Made by a program: the position numbers and the translations under genes. A DNA stretch of 64,000 nucleotides, from assembly GCF_009914755.1 (NCBI RefSeq), contig NC_060929.1; one strand, given 5' to 3'. The DNA comes from the human T2T-CHM13v2.0 reference genome, Homo sapiens. Each line of letters begins with the position of its first letter. Within the stretch, counting starts at the first letter, position 1. The notes below the pieces were generated by a model, which saw nothing but the letters and a program-made list of their open reading frames with translations, was not told the DNA's origin and made no database searches. This document shows positions 42,761 to 56,211 of the stretch, one piece after another.

Positions 42761-43444
42761 CTAGCACTTGACATCAATTAACTCAGACTGGGAGAGCAAA
42801 TAAATTGATGGGAGTAAATTAGAAAAGAAATACAGGATGATTTCCCAGAAATGAAGCACACATCACATTTCAAATTAGAGGGTCCCTGAGTGCACACATA
42901 AAAGATTGAGATCACCTGGGATAAAGAGAAGATTCTCACAACTTTCAGAGAGAAGTTGAGAATCATTTGAGAATGTGACTGCTCACTGACATAACTGGAA
43001 GCTAGGTAATGGGATAATGCTTTTATAATTCTGTGCAAAAATGGTTGACAACCTAGAGTCATATATCCAATGAGACTAAAAGAGAAGGTGTAACCAACAA
43101 TACTTTTAGTAAAGAAAGTTCTCAAACATTTATCTACAAAGCCTCCTTTGTCAAGAAGCTATTGGAGTGTGATCTCCCAAATGAGAGAGCAAGTTTTTAA
43201 AAAGACAGGAAATGAAGCGGGGGGTCCAACATAGGAGTGAGGAATTCCCAGAAGTAAAGTTTCAGGGTAATACTTATGTGGCTAGCTGTGGGTGGAGAGT
43301 TTCAGGAGGGATGCCTCTAGGAGGAAAAAAAATGAACTTGATAAATTTCCTGGTGTGTTAGACCCGATTGAGGATCTAAAATTTGGAGCAGTGTTGGAAA
43401 TACAAACATGGAAAGCTCAGCAAACACATCAAAGGCAGTTATTT

Positions 43445-43664
43445 GACCAGGCACAGTGGCTCAGGCCTGTAGTCTCAGCACTTTGGGGGGCCAAGGTGGG
43501 CAGATCACTTGAGATCAGGAGTTTGAGACCAGCCTGGCCAACATGGTGAAACCCTGTCTCTACAAAAAATACAAAAATTAGAGGTTGCAGTGAGCCAAGA
43601 TCATGCCAGTGCCCTCCAGCCTAGGTGACAGAGCAAGACTCCATCTCAAAAAATAAAATAAAAT
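43445..43664 (+). mobile_element. AluS with right-arm internal deletion
   Basis: aaaaattag joined directly to aggttgcagtgag; TSD aggcagttatt 43433-43443 / aggcaattatt 43665-43675. Confidence 0.9.
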
Positions 43665-44534
43665 AGGCAATTATTCACTTCTGGAAATACACATTTTATA
43701 TTAGAAAGGAATTATAACCATTAAACATGGTGTGGTGCATCTGTTAAGAAGTAACCAGAGTAATAATGATCTGAGCACTACTATTTATTAATCTAAGAAG
43801 TGTTATATATTATTGGAAGGATGAGGGGAGGGGAAATTGGTGTGGGAAGAAAGAGGGGATAAAACAGCTAAATCATCATCTTCCCTAGTTGGAAATCAAT
43901 AAATAATACCAGAAATGGGAAATAAATCAAGGAATGGCAGTATGAGCATGTTATTTAGAAATATGGAAGGTAAATAACAGAAGAAAGGTTGATGATTTGA
44001 AAGTGGCTACCTGCAGGGAGTCAGAATTGGGGGAGGGCCGGGGTGAGGCAGGGGATGACTTTTTTTCCATGTATTACCCATGAATTTTTCTTTATTTTCT
44101 AAATTACATAGAATACTACACTGATAAAAATTAAAAATAAATTTTAAATTTAATAGATTAGAAAAAAATTAGGAGAGAAGTATCCCCATCTGCCATAAGG
44201 AATTTTTCGAAGTAAAATTTCCCAACTTCCTTATCCCCTTCATTTCTTCTTCTGATGTGCCATGGGAAAGACAGTAAAACAGACACTTTCAAGATCAAAA
44301 GTTCGGAATTTAGCTTCTTCCCTTTGTTTCCAAAACCCGTGAAACTTTTTGTTCACTGTTTGATTTCTTTGAACAAAAATCTTTCAGTTTTTGATAAAAA
44401 TCAGTGATCACAATCAAAAAAATAAAAGTGCTTATCTTACTGAATATCCTATATATGCAAATAACCCTTTGGTAATACATTTTAAAAAAAAGACTCAGTA
44501 ATTCAATAAAATATGAATGCAGAAGAGAAAAGCA

Positions 44535-44940
44535 TGAGGTCCTTCTGTGAGGAAGACACTGAGCCAAGCACTTTCCATGTAACATCTCATTTAACCCCTA
44601 CAACAACTCCAGCAAATAGAAATAGTTGTCATGCTTATTTAGTTGTCATGCCCAAGGCTGGTAAATGTCTAGTTTCTCATCCTTACTCTTCAAACTGCCA
44701 TGTACCCTCCTAGTTCCTGTGAGAGTAGTAGCCACAAGAGGCAAGCTTCCTTGATCTAATTAGATCTATCTAATTGGATCCTCACATCAACTTTGGAATG
44801 AACACAGGGGCAGACATTAGTGTCTCCACTTTACAGGTGAGAAAAATGAAGCTTAAATAATAGTGGGATGATTTAATATCCCAGGGGTAGTAAGTGACAT
44901 TATCGGAAAGAGCCCTAATCTTTTGATTCTGAGCCCAAAG
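44535..44940 (-). mobile_element. MIR fragments
   Basis: catctcatttaaccctacaacaactc; ccactttacaggtgagaaaaatgaagct. Confidence 0.6.
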
Positions 44941-45112
44941 GAAGCTTACCAGTTAGATATTTTTATATGTGTTGTGTTGAGCTTACATACATCTATCTAG
45001 ATGCTCAGACTGTGATGAGCCTACAGAGGCTGTGTTCCCAGCTCACATTTTTTTCCAGAGCTCAGACAAGGGAGAATCTGTATATAAGTTCTGGACCTAA
45101 TTTTAAAAAAGA

Positions 45113-45114
<2 letters not shown>

Positions 45115-45150
<36 letters not shown>

Positions 45151-45240
45151 TCACACACACATACACGTACACACTTAAAAACTACACGTATACATATATA
45201 AAATATATACATATATGTATAATATATGTATTTTTATACA
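45115..45240. repeat. (CA)n microsatellite grading into (TA)n
   Basis: ~16 uninterrupted CA units followed by degenerate CA/TA; likely length-polymorphic. Confidence 0.9.
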
Positions 45241-45919
45241 ATAGTGTTCCATTTTCACATAATTAGAAGTCAGAATTTTTCCAATCAGCTTGGGCTCATT
45301 TCTGGTCATTTATAGCCCTAAGCACTCAAACGTCACATTTCTAGCAGGAACCTGAGAAAAACAATCATGAGTAGAATCAGAATGCTCTCCAGGTCCATTG
45401 TGTATAGCTGGAGAGGAGGGAGCTTTGCAGGGGAGCTTTTAAATTCCTGAGCAAGCCTATAATTAGCTGTAATAGGACCCAGAGTAACTTCACTGCCATA
45501 ATTCTCAGCAGGAAAACAATTATATTGCAGCTGTATAACAAGACAGACAAGCTGTAAATATAAAACATTCTCTGGAAATACAAGCTCTATATTTCTAAAT
45601 ACATGGAAAATTAAGTCAGATACCTCTGTGTTAATATAGTAATTCAAGGCAGTATCATTCCTTTTCTTTTCCTCAGCACTTTTCCCTTTCCTGCCTTGCT
45701 ATCAATTTTACATTTTAATGTATAGGCTTAAGAAAGACATATCTTACTTTAAAAGCATATTAAAAGAAATAATAATCAATTTAAAATCTGGTATGTTCTA
45801 GAGAGGCAATCTGGACTGAAAAGAACCCTGAGTTGGAGTCTGGGAGACTGGATTATTTCTCTAGTCCTGTCCCTAACTGGGCCAATCATTTTACTCCTGA
45901 AGGTATAAAATGGCAGCTT

Positions 45920-46190
45920 ACACACCAAGTCTGAGAAAGAGATGACAGATGTCTTTGTAATAACCTGTGTAGTATTTGTAAAAATAAAAAAAAAATAAAA
46001 AATTTAAAAATTAAGGTAACATTTAAAAATCAAGGGATTTCACATGAAAGTATGGATTTCTGGCTTCTAATGAAAGAATCAGATGTGGCCTCACTAGGTC
46101 CACAATTCTAATTGCAACAATCAGCAATAGCTGGTAAATACTGCTCCCTTTGGATAAGGTGTATGGTCTCCAGTTTGCCACAGAATTCAT
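45920..46190. mobile_element. MER102-like hAT-Charlie element inside a MIR
   Basis: atttaaaaatcaagggatttcacatgaaagtatggatttctggcttct..gcaacaatcagc..ctccagtttgccacag; MIR sequence on both sides. Confidence 0.6.
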
Positions 46191-47117
46191 CTCTTTCAGT
46201 CACTTAGGTTTTCTGCTTTGTGGTCAGTTTCCTCACCTGTAAAACAACAAAGAGCCTCAATTATATATTTTCCGTCCTTTCAGTTTGTGTTCCTATGCTG
46301 CTGATAGCCTGTTTTTACCCCTGGGAGAAAGATAATGATAAATCACAGATACCTGCAAAATCTGTAGCCTGTCTCTGTGTGAGAGTTTACACCAAGTTAA
46401 ATGGATAGTCCCTTACACATAAAGCTGCTTAAGCACTTGGAAATCTCTGGGTTTAGTGGGGTTAAATCAGAGCCTTGACATCATTTTAACAGTTTTATTT
46501 TCCTATGACCTCCATGGTTCCTATATAATCCTAAAATCATAGTTATTCCAAAAGAATCATTTCCTCCTGAATTCTGCTCTACAAAGGCTATGCAGCAAAG
46601 AGCTCCACAGGCACAAAAGAGGGAAAGAACAAGTTCCTGAGTTCAAATGTACCAGGTTCTATCCCACCTACAAAAGCCTGGGTGCCCTTGGTCCCACCTT
46701 GGCCCCACTCATGGCTCTATGCCGAGAAAATGGCCAGTGAAAGATGAAATTAGATTTTATTGAATGAGAGTTACATTGTCAGGGCTCTGAAACTACTACT
46801 TTCTACCCTGGCACAACTTGCCTTCAGGGTAAGGACATAGATGCTTTCTCAAACCAACAAAACCATGTAAACATCTTTGCCTGAATTATCAAAGTGGAAT
46901 TCTTAGTATTCAGGCTGTCTTTTTTAGCGAATTAACTGAAAAAGGGTTAACCTGCTATTACAGGATTTGGATGAAATTCATTATTCCTTAGCTAATGAAA
47001 ATAATTTTTCTGTAGATTATTTGGGGTTTTCTCTGTAGACAGTAATAATGTCTCCAAGGAACAACTGTTTTGTTTTCCTTTTCAATCTTCGTACCTTTGT
47101 ACACCTTCCATGATTTT

Positions 47118-47264
47118 TTTTTGCCATATTTCTACTTCTTTTTTTTTTATTATACTTTAAGTTTTAGGGTACATGTGCACAATGTGCAGGTTAGTTACAT
47201 ATGTATACATATGCCATGCTGGTGTGCTGCACCCAGTAACTTGTCATTTAGCATTAGGTATATC
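47118..47264 (-). mobile_element. Short 5'-truncated L1PA3/PA4 with double poly(A)
   Basis: ~118 bp L1 3' end (attatactttaagttttagggtacatgtgcac..); TSD tccatgatttt at 47107-47117 and 47265-47275. Confidence 0.92.
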
Positions 47265-47284
47265 TCCATGATTTTCCCTTTCAC

Positions 47285-47650
47285 TGCTATTGTTTGAATG
47301 CTTCCCTTTCCAAAACTCATGTTGAAACTTAATCTACATTGTGGTGGTATTAAGAGGTGGAGTCTTTATGGAAGTGATTAAAATATGAGAGCCCCTCCCT
47401 CATGAATGGATTAGTGCCCTATAAAAGGCCTGGAGAAAACTAGCTTAAGCCCTCTTTTGCCCTTCTATCTCTTCCGCCAAGTAGGGACACAGCCATTGCC
47501 ATCCTCTTAGGAGGATGCAGTGTTCAAGGCGTTATCTTGGAAGCAAAGGCCAGGCTCTCACCAGACACCAAATCTGCCAGCAGATTTGGACGTTCCTCCT
47601 TCCAGAACTGTGAGAAATAAATTTCTGGTTTTTACAAATTATCCAGTGGA
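47285..47650 (+). mobile_element. MST (C/D) solo LTR, 3' end eroded
   Basis: tgctattgtttgaatg..aaactcatgttgaaacttaat..ccagaactgtgagaaataaatttctg. Confidence 0.85.
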
Positions 47651-47654
47651 ATAC

Positions 47655-48595
47655 TTTAACCCTTTATTATTATCTAAAATCTTTATTGTGAGGTTTTTTG
47701 CTTGTTTTGTTTGTTTTTCGATATTTGTTATCAGGCTATGGAGATTCCTTCTATTCCTGTATGTAAGAGTGTTTAATACGAGTGGATGTTGAATTTTATC
47801 TAATCTTTTTTTTTCTGCATCTGTTAAGATAGGTCACATGATCTTTCTCTTTTAATTGGTTAATGCAATCAACCACATTAATTAAAGTTCCAATGTTAGT
47901 TAACCTTGAATTCCTGGGGACATCACAACTTAGTCATAGTTTCTTAATTAAACCGCATGCCTACTTCATTTACTTTTAGTTTTTATTTCTAAAATATGTA
48001 AATTCTAAAATATGTATTTAAGCCTAGTTATATATTCTCCTGTAAATGTTGTTGTCACCACATCCCATAAATTTTGATATGTAGTATTTTGAAATTCAGT
48101 TTTTAATATTTTCTATTATAATTTCTTATATGCCATTAATGCTTCTAATGTAATTTTGCATTTTCAAATGTCTGTAAATTTTATATGTTTCTGTTTTTTG
48201 GAATACTTGAAATTTTAATTTAGTTACATGTGGTCAGAGAATGTTTTAGTAGCATACCAATTCTCTCTAATTAATTGAGACTTGCTATTTAATTGTTTTC
48301 TTTACACCTCCCACGTCCTATTTTTTTAAAGCTTGATCTACCTATTTTTGCCTAATATAACTTGAAGTTGTTAATTAGGTTTACATCAGTTTAGAATCGT
48401 TATGTCTCTCCAGTGAGAGACACTTATCAAAAAGTAGTGGCCCTCTTTATCTTCAGTAATACTTTTGGCCTAAAGTTTAATTTGTCTATTATTAATATGA
48501 ATACCTAAGTTTCTTTCTTATTTCACTAATGTATACACTTTTCTTACTTTTGCTTTTTATATTTAACTTCTTTTATATTATTAAATGTAACTTAC
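47655..48595 (-). mobile_element. Ancient L1M fragment
   Basis: ggatgttgaattttatctaat..tctgcatctgttaagat; cccataaattttgatatgtagtattt. Confidence 0.6.
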
Positions 48596-48599
48596 ATAA

Positions 48600-48862
48600 G
48601 AGAAGGATGACACAGCTGGGGTGACCTTTCAGAGATGTTCCAAACAGTGGAAAGGGTAACTGATCCCAGGATCCTGCATCTTCCAAGCTGTCCCAAGGAG
48701 CAGGTCATAGACCTGAGCTAGGAAGTTCCCTTTGGCTGAGGAAAATCCCTTGGAAGGGACACAGCTCTGAATCATCAGCAGACGACAGTCTTGGATGCCG
48801 ATGGAATGGAGCATTTGATACCGAATAATGCATCTTGGTGGTACAGCATAGCATCCACTACA
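48600..48862 (-). mobile_element. LTR16-like 3' LTR of the minus-strand ERV-L
   Basis: Ends gcatccactaca (TGTAGTGGATGC on minus), adjacent to ERV-L internal sequence. Confidence 0.65.
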
Positions 48863-49567
48863 GTTAATTACATGCACTATTCAGACCTCCTAGTTTCATA
48901 TAAGTTCATCAAATCTGGCACCAATTTTTCCAGAATTCATTAGTCTCTTTCCTGGATAAACTTACCAGAGCAAGATTAGGAGAGTGGGCCAAAGCCCCTG
49001 GTATTGTAGCTGATCTCAAAGCCATACAGATACTCGTTTCTTCCCTCCCTCCTTTCATTTTCAGATAGTATCCTTTTTGCTTTAGGTGGCTAACCAGTGA
49101 GATGACTCAGACCCTCTTTTCTGGTTAGTCTGAGCCTATGGTCACCATTTTAAGCCATGGCAGCTTTACTTGTCCATTTGCCTTCAAAACTGGCAAGGGA
49201 GTACCAAGAGATTCTAGAGGGGATCATCTGGATGTCAAATATGTGTCCTGCTATATTTACAGCTTCTAGAATGGTGATATTTTTCCTTGCATATTGCTTT
49301 GTTGGCATAAGAGGCCTAAAGTGATAGTGCGGCAGTCAAAACTTAAAGGTTAGTAGAACTCTTGCTATATATTTTGATAGAAGCATTGCTCCCTTGGAAC
49401 CAGGACTTCTAGATCTGCAGAGTGTAGAGTTTTGAAAATGGCAAGCACAAATTCTCCAAGTTGGTCTCTGATAGTGACAGTAAGCAGAACCACCTCTATT
49501 CCATTTCTTAGTTCCTGGACCCATGTATTCAAGAAGGGGCCCATTGAATGATCATTAATTTAAGGTA

Positions 49568-49941
49568 TGGTATGGTTTGGATGATGGTGTCCCCTTCAAA
49601 ATTCATATTGAAACTTAATCCCTAATGCAACACTTTTAAGAGGTGTGGCCATTGGGAGGTGATTATGTCATGAAGGCTTCATCCCCATTAATGGGATCCT
49701 CAACCTTATAAAAGGGCTTGAGGTTGAAGAAAACACTCTCTTGCGCCTCTGTCCTCTGCTATGTGAGGACACGGCAATAAGGCACCATCTTAGAAGCAGA
49801 GAACAGCCCTCACCAGACACCAATGCTGGTACCTTGATCTTGGACTTCCCAGCTTCCAGAACTGTGGGAAATAAATTTCTGTTGTTTATATATTTTCCAG
49901 TCTCAGATATTCTATTGTAGCAGCATAAATGGGCTAAGCCA
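49568..49941 (+). mobile_element. MST (C/D) solo LTR
   Basis: tggtatggtttggatg..aaaattcatattgaaacttaatcc..ccagaactgtgggaaataaatttctg..gggctaagcca. Confidence 0.88.
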
Positions 49942-50596
49942 GGGTGTATTTCCCATCTTCACAGTATATTATCTCCAAGGTGATCCCTCAAGCATAGCTT
50001 TAAAGAGCCATTCTATCACTATATAAGGCCATTAGCTTCTAAGAGTATGGTATGTGATAGGACCATGGTCATTTGCCCACTGCTTTATTTTCTTGGTCTA
50101 AGGCAGTGTTACATGGGATCCCCTGCTGGTAGACCAAACACTCTGTGAGTCCTCATATAGTGGCAGTGGTTGAGGCCTTATAGGAAGATAAGGCAAATAT
50201 GTACCAACAGTTTCAATTTGCGTGAAGATAAAGTATTGCTCCTTTCAGGTAGAAGAAATCTAATTTAACCAACTTTCCACCTAATAGTTGGCTGATTTTT
50301 TTGAATGATGGCTGTATTGGGGGGCTCACTATGGTCTCTTTTCCTGAGAGGTTGTATAGTTAGCATTGGCAGTAGCTGGATAAGCCTTCCTCAGTGGCTA
50401 CTCTTACTACTGGGCTCATGCCTAGCCTCCATCTAGGTCACCATGGCTATTCCGTTTGTGGTCACATTGTGCCAGCATTGGGGTGGCCAATGGTAGTGAT
50501 TAGATTATGTCAGTTTACCAACACATCCTGTCTGTTTGGTTAACAATACCTCTTCTCTTGTTGATGTTCTCTGGTGGTTTTTAAAATATGAATCAA

Positions 50597-50951
<355 letters not shown>

Positions 50952-51812
50952 TCAACGTAGTTCATCCACATACCTCTTGCTCAGACCTCCTTATTCCCGG
51001 CCTTCCAGTCTTACTCTTTCCAGGTCCCTAGGTCCCTTTCATCTCATACAGGGTGAATGACTATCTGCATCACCTAAATCTCTGCCCATTGAGGCTATTT
51101 CCTCTCACCATCGCCTTTCTGGGACATTTCTGGAGTGGTGCTACAGTGCAGCTGCAGTCCATTATTAGCATATATCCACATATTAAGCTGTTCAGCCCAT
51201 GAACCAAGCTTGGCCTTTTTTCTCCTCTGCTAGCTGATCACAGGGACCTCCCTGCAATGTGGCTTACATGGGAGTGGAGGGAGAAGCACCAGTGCAACAC
51301 AGGCAGAGTCATGGGAATCTGAGTTACCAGCTTGTGCTGCCTACTTACGCCCTCTGGCCCTGTTCATGCTTGATCCCATGTATATTACTTCCATCCTATG
51401 TGGGATTGTTTCAGGACCTTCCCGAACTTATGACTTGATGAGTCTGAAAGAACTTAGCTCATGATGAGACATTCTGTCCACATAGTCACTTGATGTCCCA
51501 GAGTCCAGTAGTATTTAGGAGAAGCTTTTCTAATGGTATAGAGTTTGCTGCTGCAGTGGAATAGCCTTGTTTCACAACACTAGTATCGATAATGTGATTG
51601 TTCTTTAGGGTTTACCAGAACTCTATACAGTGCCATTTTTTTTTTTTCCATCCAAATATCTTTAAAACCCTAACACTGCTATATAGCCCACACATAAGAG
51701 TGGTTTGCACCATATTCTGAACCTGCTATAGAGCCCTTTTCAGCTCTGCCCCACTTAGAGGAGGCACCTTTCCATGTTATTTGATAAATGGTTGGAAGTA
51801 ACATTTGACGAA

Positions 51813-52025
51813 TGTAACAGTGATCAGTTTATTGCCTCACAGCTCCAAATCTACTCTTTATCACCCGTTTGTGATACTGGACCTGTATCTTATAAATGTT
51901 TTTCTTTTGACAGCTTGCAGATAGGGAAGCTTTGCCAGTAGATGGATCTGGGAGGGGTTTTTCTTTCTAGTTCTGGGGTGTTTTCCTTGCTTCCTGTGGT
52001 TCTCAGCTGGCCTGTGGGACATCCA
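51813..52025 (+). mobile_element. 5' LTR (LTR41-like, 3'-deleted) of nested ERV-L
   Basis: tgtaacagtgatcagtttattgcctcacagctccaaatc..tgccagtagatgg, homologous to the LTR at 56212. Confidence 0.7.
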
Positions 52026-52029
52026 ATGT

Positions 52030-55000
52030 ACTCCTTGATTTCAATAGGGATGATGTTGTTATGGAGAAGAGGCCAAATGGAAGCATTTAACTGCTAAAAG
52101 CAAGGTGAGCGCACCTTGCTACCATGAAATGCAGCAGAAACATACTGGTAATCAGAATGCCTTGGCCTGCAGGAACCTTTGGCAGTGGCTAATTGATTGT
52201 GTTTTCCCTAGTAACAAGATTTATGGACAATCTACTAGAATATTGCTTGACCTATATAACCAAAAAAAAAACCTGCTAGCTCTGGAAACAGAACATCTAA
52301 TTTGTGTCACCACAGTGGTGAGTTACAGACTCATTTACAGACATATGATAATTCACAGATCCATGGTTCTTTGATTGAAGGGAAGTCTGAGTCCCCTAGA
52401 GGAAGGACCCTGTAACACTGTCACAAGGATATGCTATAAATCTTCTCCCAAGTCTTCTGCAAGGGATCTGTGGCCATACTACAGCGACTGTGCATTGGAG
52501 GAAAATGAAATGCATAAGCCTGTGAGAGATTACTAGATACTGGCATTGAATTGAAGCTAATTCCTGAGGACACAAAGTGAGGGGCTTATGGAAACCATAT
52601 AATAAATGGAATCTTTGTGCAAATCTTAATCATAATAGGTACAGTTTATCCCCAGGCTCATTCCTTAGTTATTTGCTCCAATTCCTGAATGTATAATATA
52701 AAAAGATATACTGGGTAGAATAGATGGAATATCTACATGTCTCTTTGATACATCAGTTGTGAGCTATTATGGTAGAAAGGGCAAAGTAGAAGTCCTGGAA
52801 CTTTTCCTTGCCACCAAGATAGTTAACCAGAAGCAATACCCACAGCCCTGGAAGAATTGCAGAAAATGGTGACACCATCAAAGATTTGAAAGGTGCAGGA
52901 GTATGAAACCTATTATATTTCCATTTAACCCACCTGTTTGGCCTGTGTAGAAGTTGAAAAGATCTTGGAGAAAAACTGTGGACTATTTTAATTTAACTGG
53001 TCATTGACTGCAATTGCAGCTGCTGTCTAAGATACAGTGTTTTTACTAGAGCAAATTGACATGGCCCTTGGCAGTTTGTATGCAGCTATTGACCTGGGTA
53101 ATGATATTTTTTCCATACTAATTTTCAAGAACTACCAGAAGCAGTATGTTTCTGGCAGAGTCAACAGTACATCTTTACATCTTAGGTCTACATCAATTCT
53201 TCTGCTCTCTGTCATAATATAGCCTGTGGTAATCTTCATCTTGACCTTCTACAAAACATCACACTCATCTACTACATTGATGACGTTATACTATTTGGAT
53301 CTGATGAGCATGAAGTAGCATGCATTTTGATGCCTTGGTAAAATGTATATGAACTAGAGGGTGGGAAATAAAGTGCATGTAATTTCAGGGACTTACCACC
53401 TCAGCGAAGTTTCTCGGGGTTCAGTCATCTGAAGCATGTATGGATATCCCCCTCAAAGATGAAATACGAGTTGCTGCACCTTATGCCACCCACCATAAAA
53501 AGGGGCACAATTCTTGGTAGTCCTTTCTGGACTTGGGAGTCAATATATACCACACATGAGAGGGCTACTTTAGCCTATCTACAAAGTCACCTTGTAAGGT
53601 TGCCCATTTCCACTGGAGGCCAGGACCAAACAAGGGCTGTGTAGCAAGTCCAGGCTGCATTGCAAGCTGTTCTATCATTTGGGTTTTTTGATCCTGCAGA
53701 TTAAATAAATTTGAAGTCCCTTTGGCCACTAGGAATGCAGTATAGAGGCTCTGACAAGAACCAATAGATCATAACATAGACCTTGGGTATTTTGGAGTAA
53801 ATCTATGCCATCTTTTGTCAATAACTATTGTCTTTTTGAGAAACAGCTTCTGGTTTGTTGTGGGGCCTTGGTAGGGACCAAATGCCTAATTAAGGGGACA
53901 TCAGATGACCATGTGGCTTGACCTTCTCATTATGAACTGGGTGTGTCTGACTCAGCCATAAAGTTAGGTGTGCAACCATCATCAGGCAGAATGCTATATA
54001 AGAAGGAGCTCAGGCAGGTGCACAAAGTACAAGTAAGTCATGACAAATGGCTCTTGATCCTTCAACAATAATTCCTGTTGCATTGCTTCCTCTCCAATAA
54101 TCCATATTCATGGTCTTCTGTAGATTTTGTTATGATCAGGTGACTAAGAAAGAAAAAACTCAAGCCTAGTTGCAAGTAGGTCTCATGCTGTGCTGGTACC
54201 ACCTGAAAGTGGACAGTTATAACACTGTAGTCCCACTAAGGGTGACCCTGAAGGACGGTGTTCAAGGAATCCTCCTGTTGGGTGAAACTTCAAGTGGAAC
54301 ATTTGGTTTTATACTTTGTCTAGAGTGAGAGATGGATGAAAAATATAAATCAGCACTGATCTTTAGGCAGCTACGAACAGTGGTTGGATGGTCAGGTTTA
54401 GAAAGGAACAGAATTAGGAGATTGGTAAAAAGATAGTGTGGGGAAGAAGTATGTGGACAAACTTCTCAGATGGATGGAGGCCTTAAAATATTTGTGGCTC
54501 ATTTGAATGTCCTACAAAGTACATCCATTACAGAGAAGGATCTTAATAACAAAGTGAACAAAATTACATACTCTGTGGATGTCAGTTAGCCTCTTTCTCT
54601 AGCTACTCAAGTGATTGCTCAATGGGCTCATGATCAGAGCAGCAAGGATGAAAGCTACACATGGGCTCAGCAGCATAGAGGTTCTCTTACCAAGGCTGAC
54701 CTGGATAGCACTACTGCTAAGTGCCTCATTTGGCAAAAGTAGATATCAGTGTTGAGCCCCTGATAGGATACCACTCTCTGGAGGGATCAGCTAGATACCA
54801 GATGGCAGGTTGATTATTATGGAGAAGGCAGTTATTTGTCCTCACTCGAATAGACATATATCCCAGGTATGGATTTGTCTTCTGTGTCCATAATGCTTCT
54901 AACCATAACCACCATCCATAGACATACAGAATGTATTATCCATCATCATGGCATTCTACACAGCATTTCTTCTTATCAAGAAGCTAATTTTATAGCAAAG

Positions 55001-56211
55001 GAAGTGAATACATGAGAGTATGCCCATGGAAATTAACTAGTGTCACCACATACTCCATCACCTGGAAGTGGCTGGCCTAAATGGAAAGTGAAATGACTCA
55101 CTGAAGGCATAGTTACAGCACCACTTAGGAGATAATGCCCTGAAAAGATGGGATTCTGTCTTATAGGACGTAGTATATGCTTTGGATCAGATTCCCCTGT
55201 TTGGTGCTCTTACCCACAGCCAGAATACATGGATTCTTGAATACATGGGTGGAAGTGGAAGTGGCTCCTCTTGTTATGATACTCAATAACTCACTTGCAG
55301 TATTTTGCTTCCCATCTTGGCATCTTTGTACTCTACTGGTTTAGAGGTCCTAGTACCCAAGAGGAGAATGCTTCCTCTAGGAGAACACGGCAATAGTCCC
55401 ATTGAGTTAAGTGAGACTGCCACCTGGCTTCTGGGTCTCCTTATAGCATTGTAACAATGCCAGAAAAGGGCTTACTCTGCTGGCTGAAGTGATTGATCCT
55501 GATCACCAAGAAGAAGTTGGGCTGCTAGGCAATAGGGTCCAAAAAGCCCATGTCCATGTATTTTCTGGGGGCATGCTTCTTAATGATTCCCTGCCCAGTA
55601 GTAAAGGTAATGAAAAACAAGAGCAACCAAAGAAGGGCAGGATTATTAGGACTCAAACCCTTCACAGTAAGGGTTTGTTCACTCCACCAGGTTAAAAAAC
55701 AAAACAAAACAAACAAACAAACAAAAAAACACTGACCATCCGAGGTTCTGGTTTAGGGCTAGGGAAATAGTGAATGGGTAGTAGAAGAAGAAAGTCACAG
55801 ATACCAGTTCCAGCCTTATGACCACTTTACAGAAACAGGAACTATTTTAGTATTTTATCTTTGCTTGTTTTGTTTATGAGTTTATTTGAATATGCTAACC
55901 ACTTCTTCTCCTTCCTTTTTCCATTACTATTACATATACCTTCAAGTTTTGGGGTAAACTTACAGTTTAGTCTTTAGGCAACAGAATATTCAGCAGTAGT
56001 CTAAATTTGAGGAGTAAGTAGTAAAGTCGGATATACATACAAAAGCTTTGAGACTATGTGTCTCCTTATTTAGGAGAAAAGCATGAGAACTTCTTTAATT
56101 GTACAAAGGATAGTATATTGTGTGAGGTGAAAGCATATGTATTTCATTGTATGGACATTCAAATGTGTATAGGAGAATGCATAGAGCAGCTGAATATTCA
56201 AAGGGGTGGAC
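52030..56211 (+). pseudogene. ERV-L gag(3')-pro-RT-RNaseH-IN-dUTPase remnant
   Basis: Protease LLDTGIELKLIP (52530); FNPPVWPV; YAAIDLGN; RT YIDD (53273-53284); IN WQVDY (~54803); dUTPase GLEVLVP and VIDPDHQEEVGLL (~55489) downstream of IN, the ERV-L layout; PPT aaggggtggac 56201-56211. Confidence 0.9.

Noticed and set aside
44753-44766. Perfect 14-bp palindrome gatctaattagatc
   Set aside because: A 7-bp-arm palindrome is expected a few times in 64 kb of AT-rich DNA.
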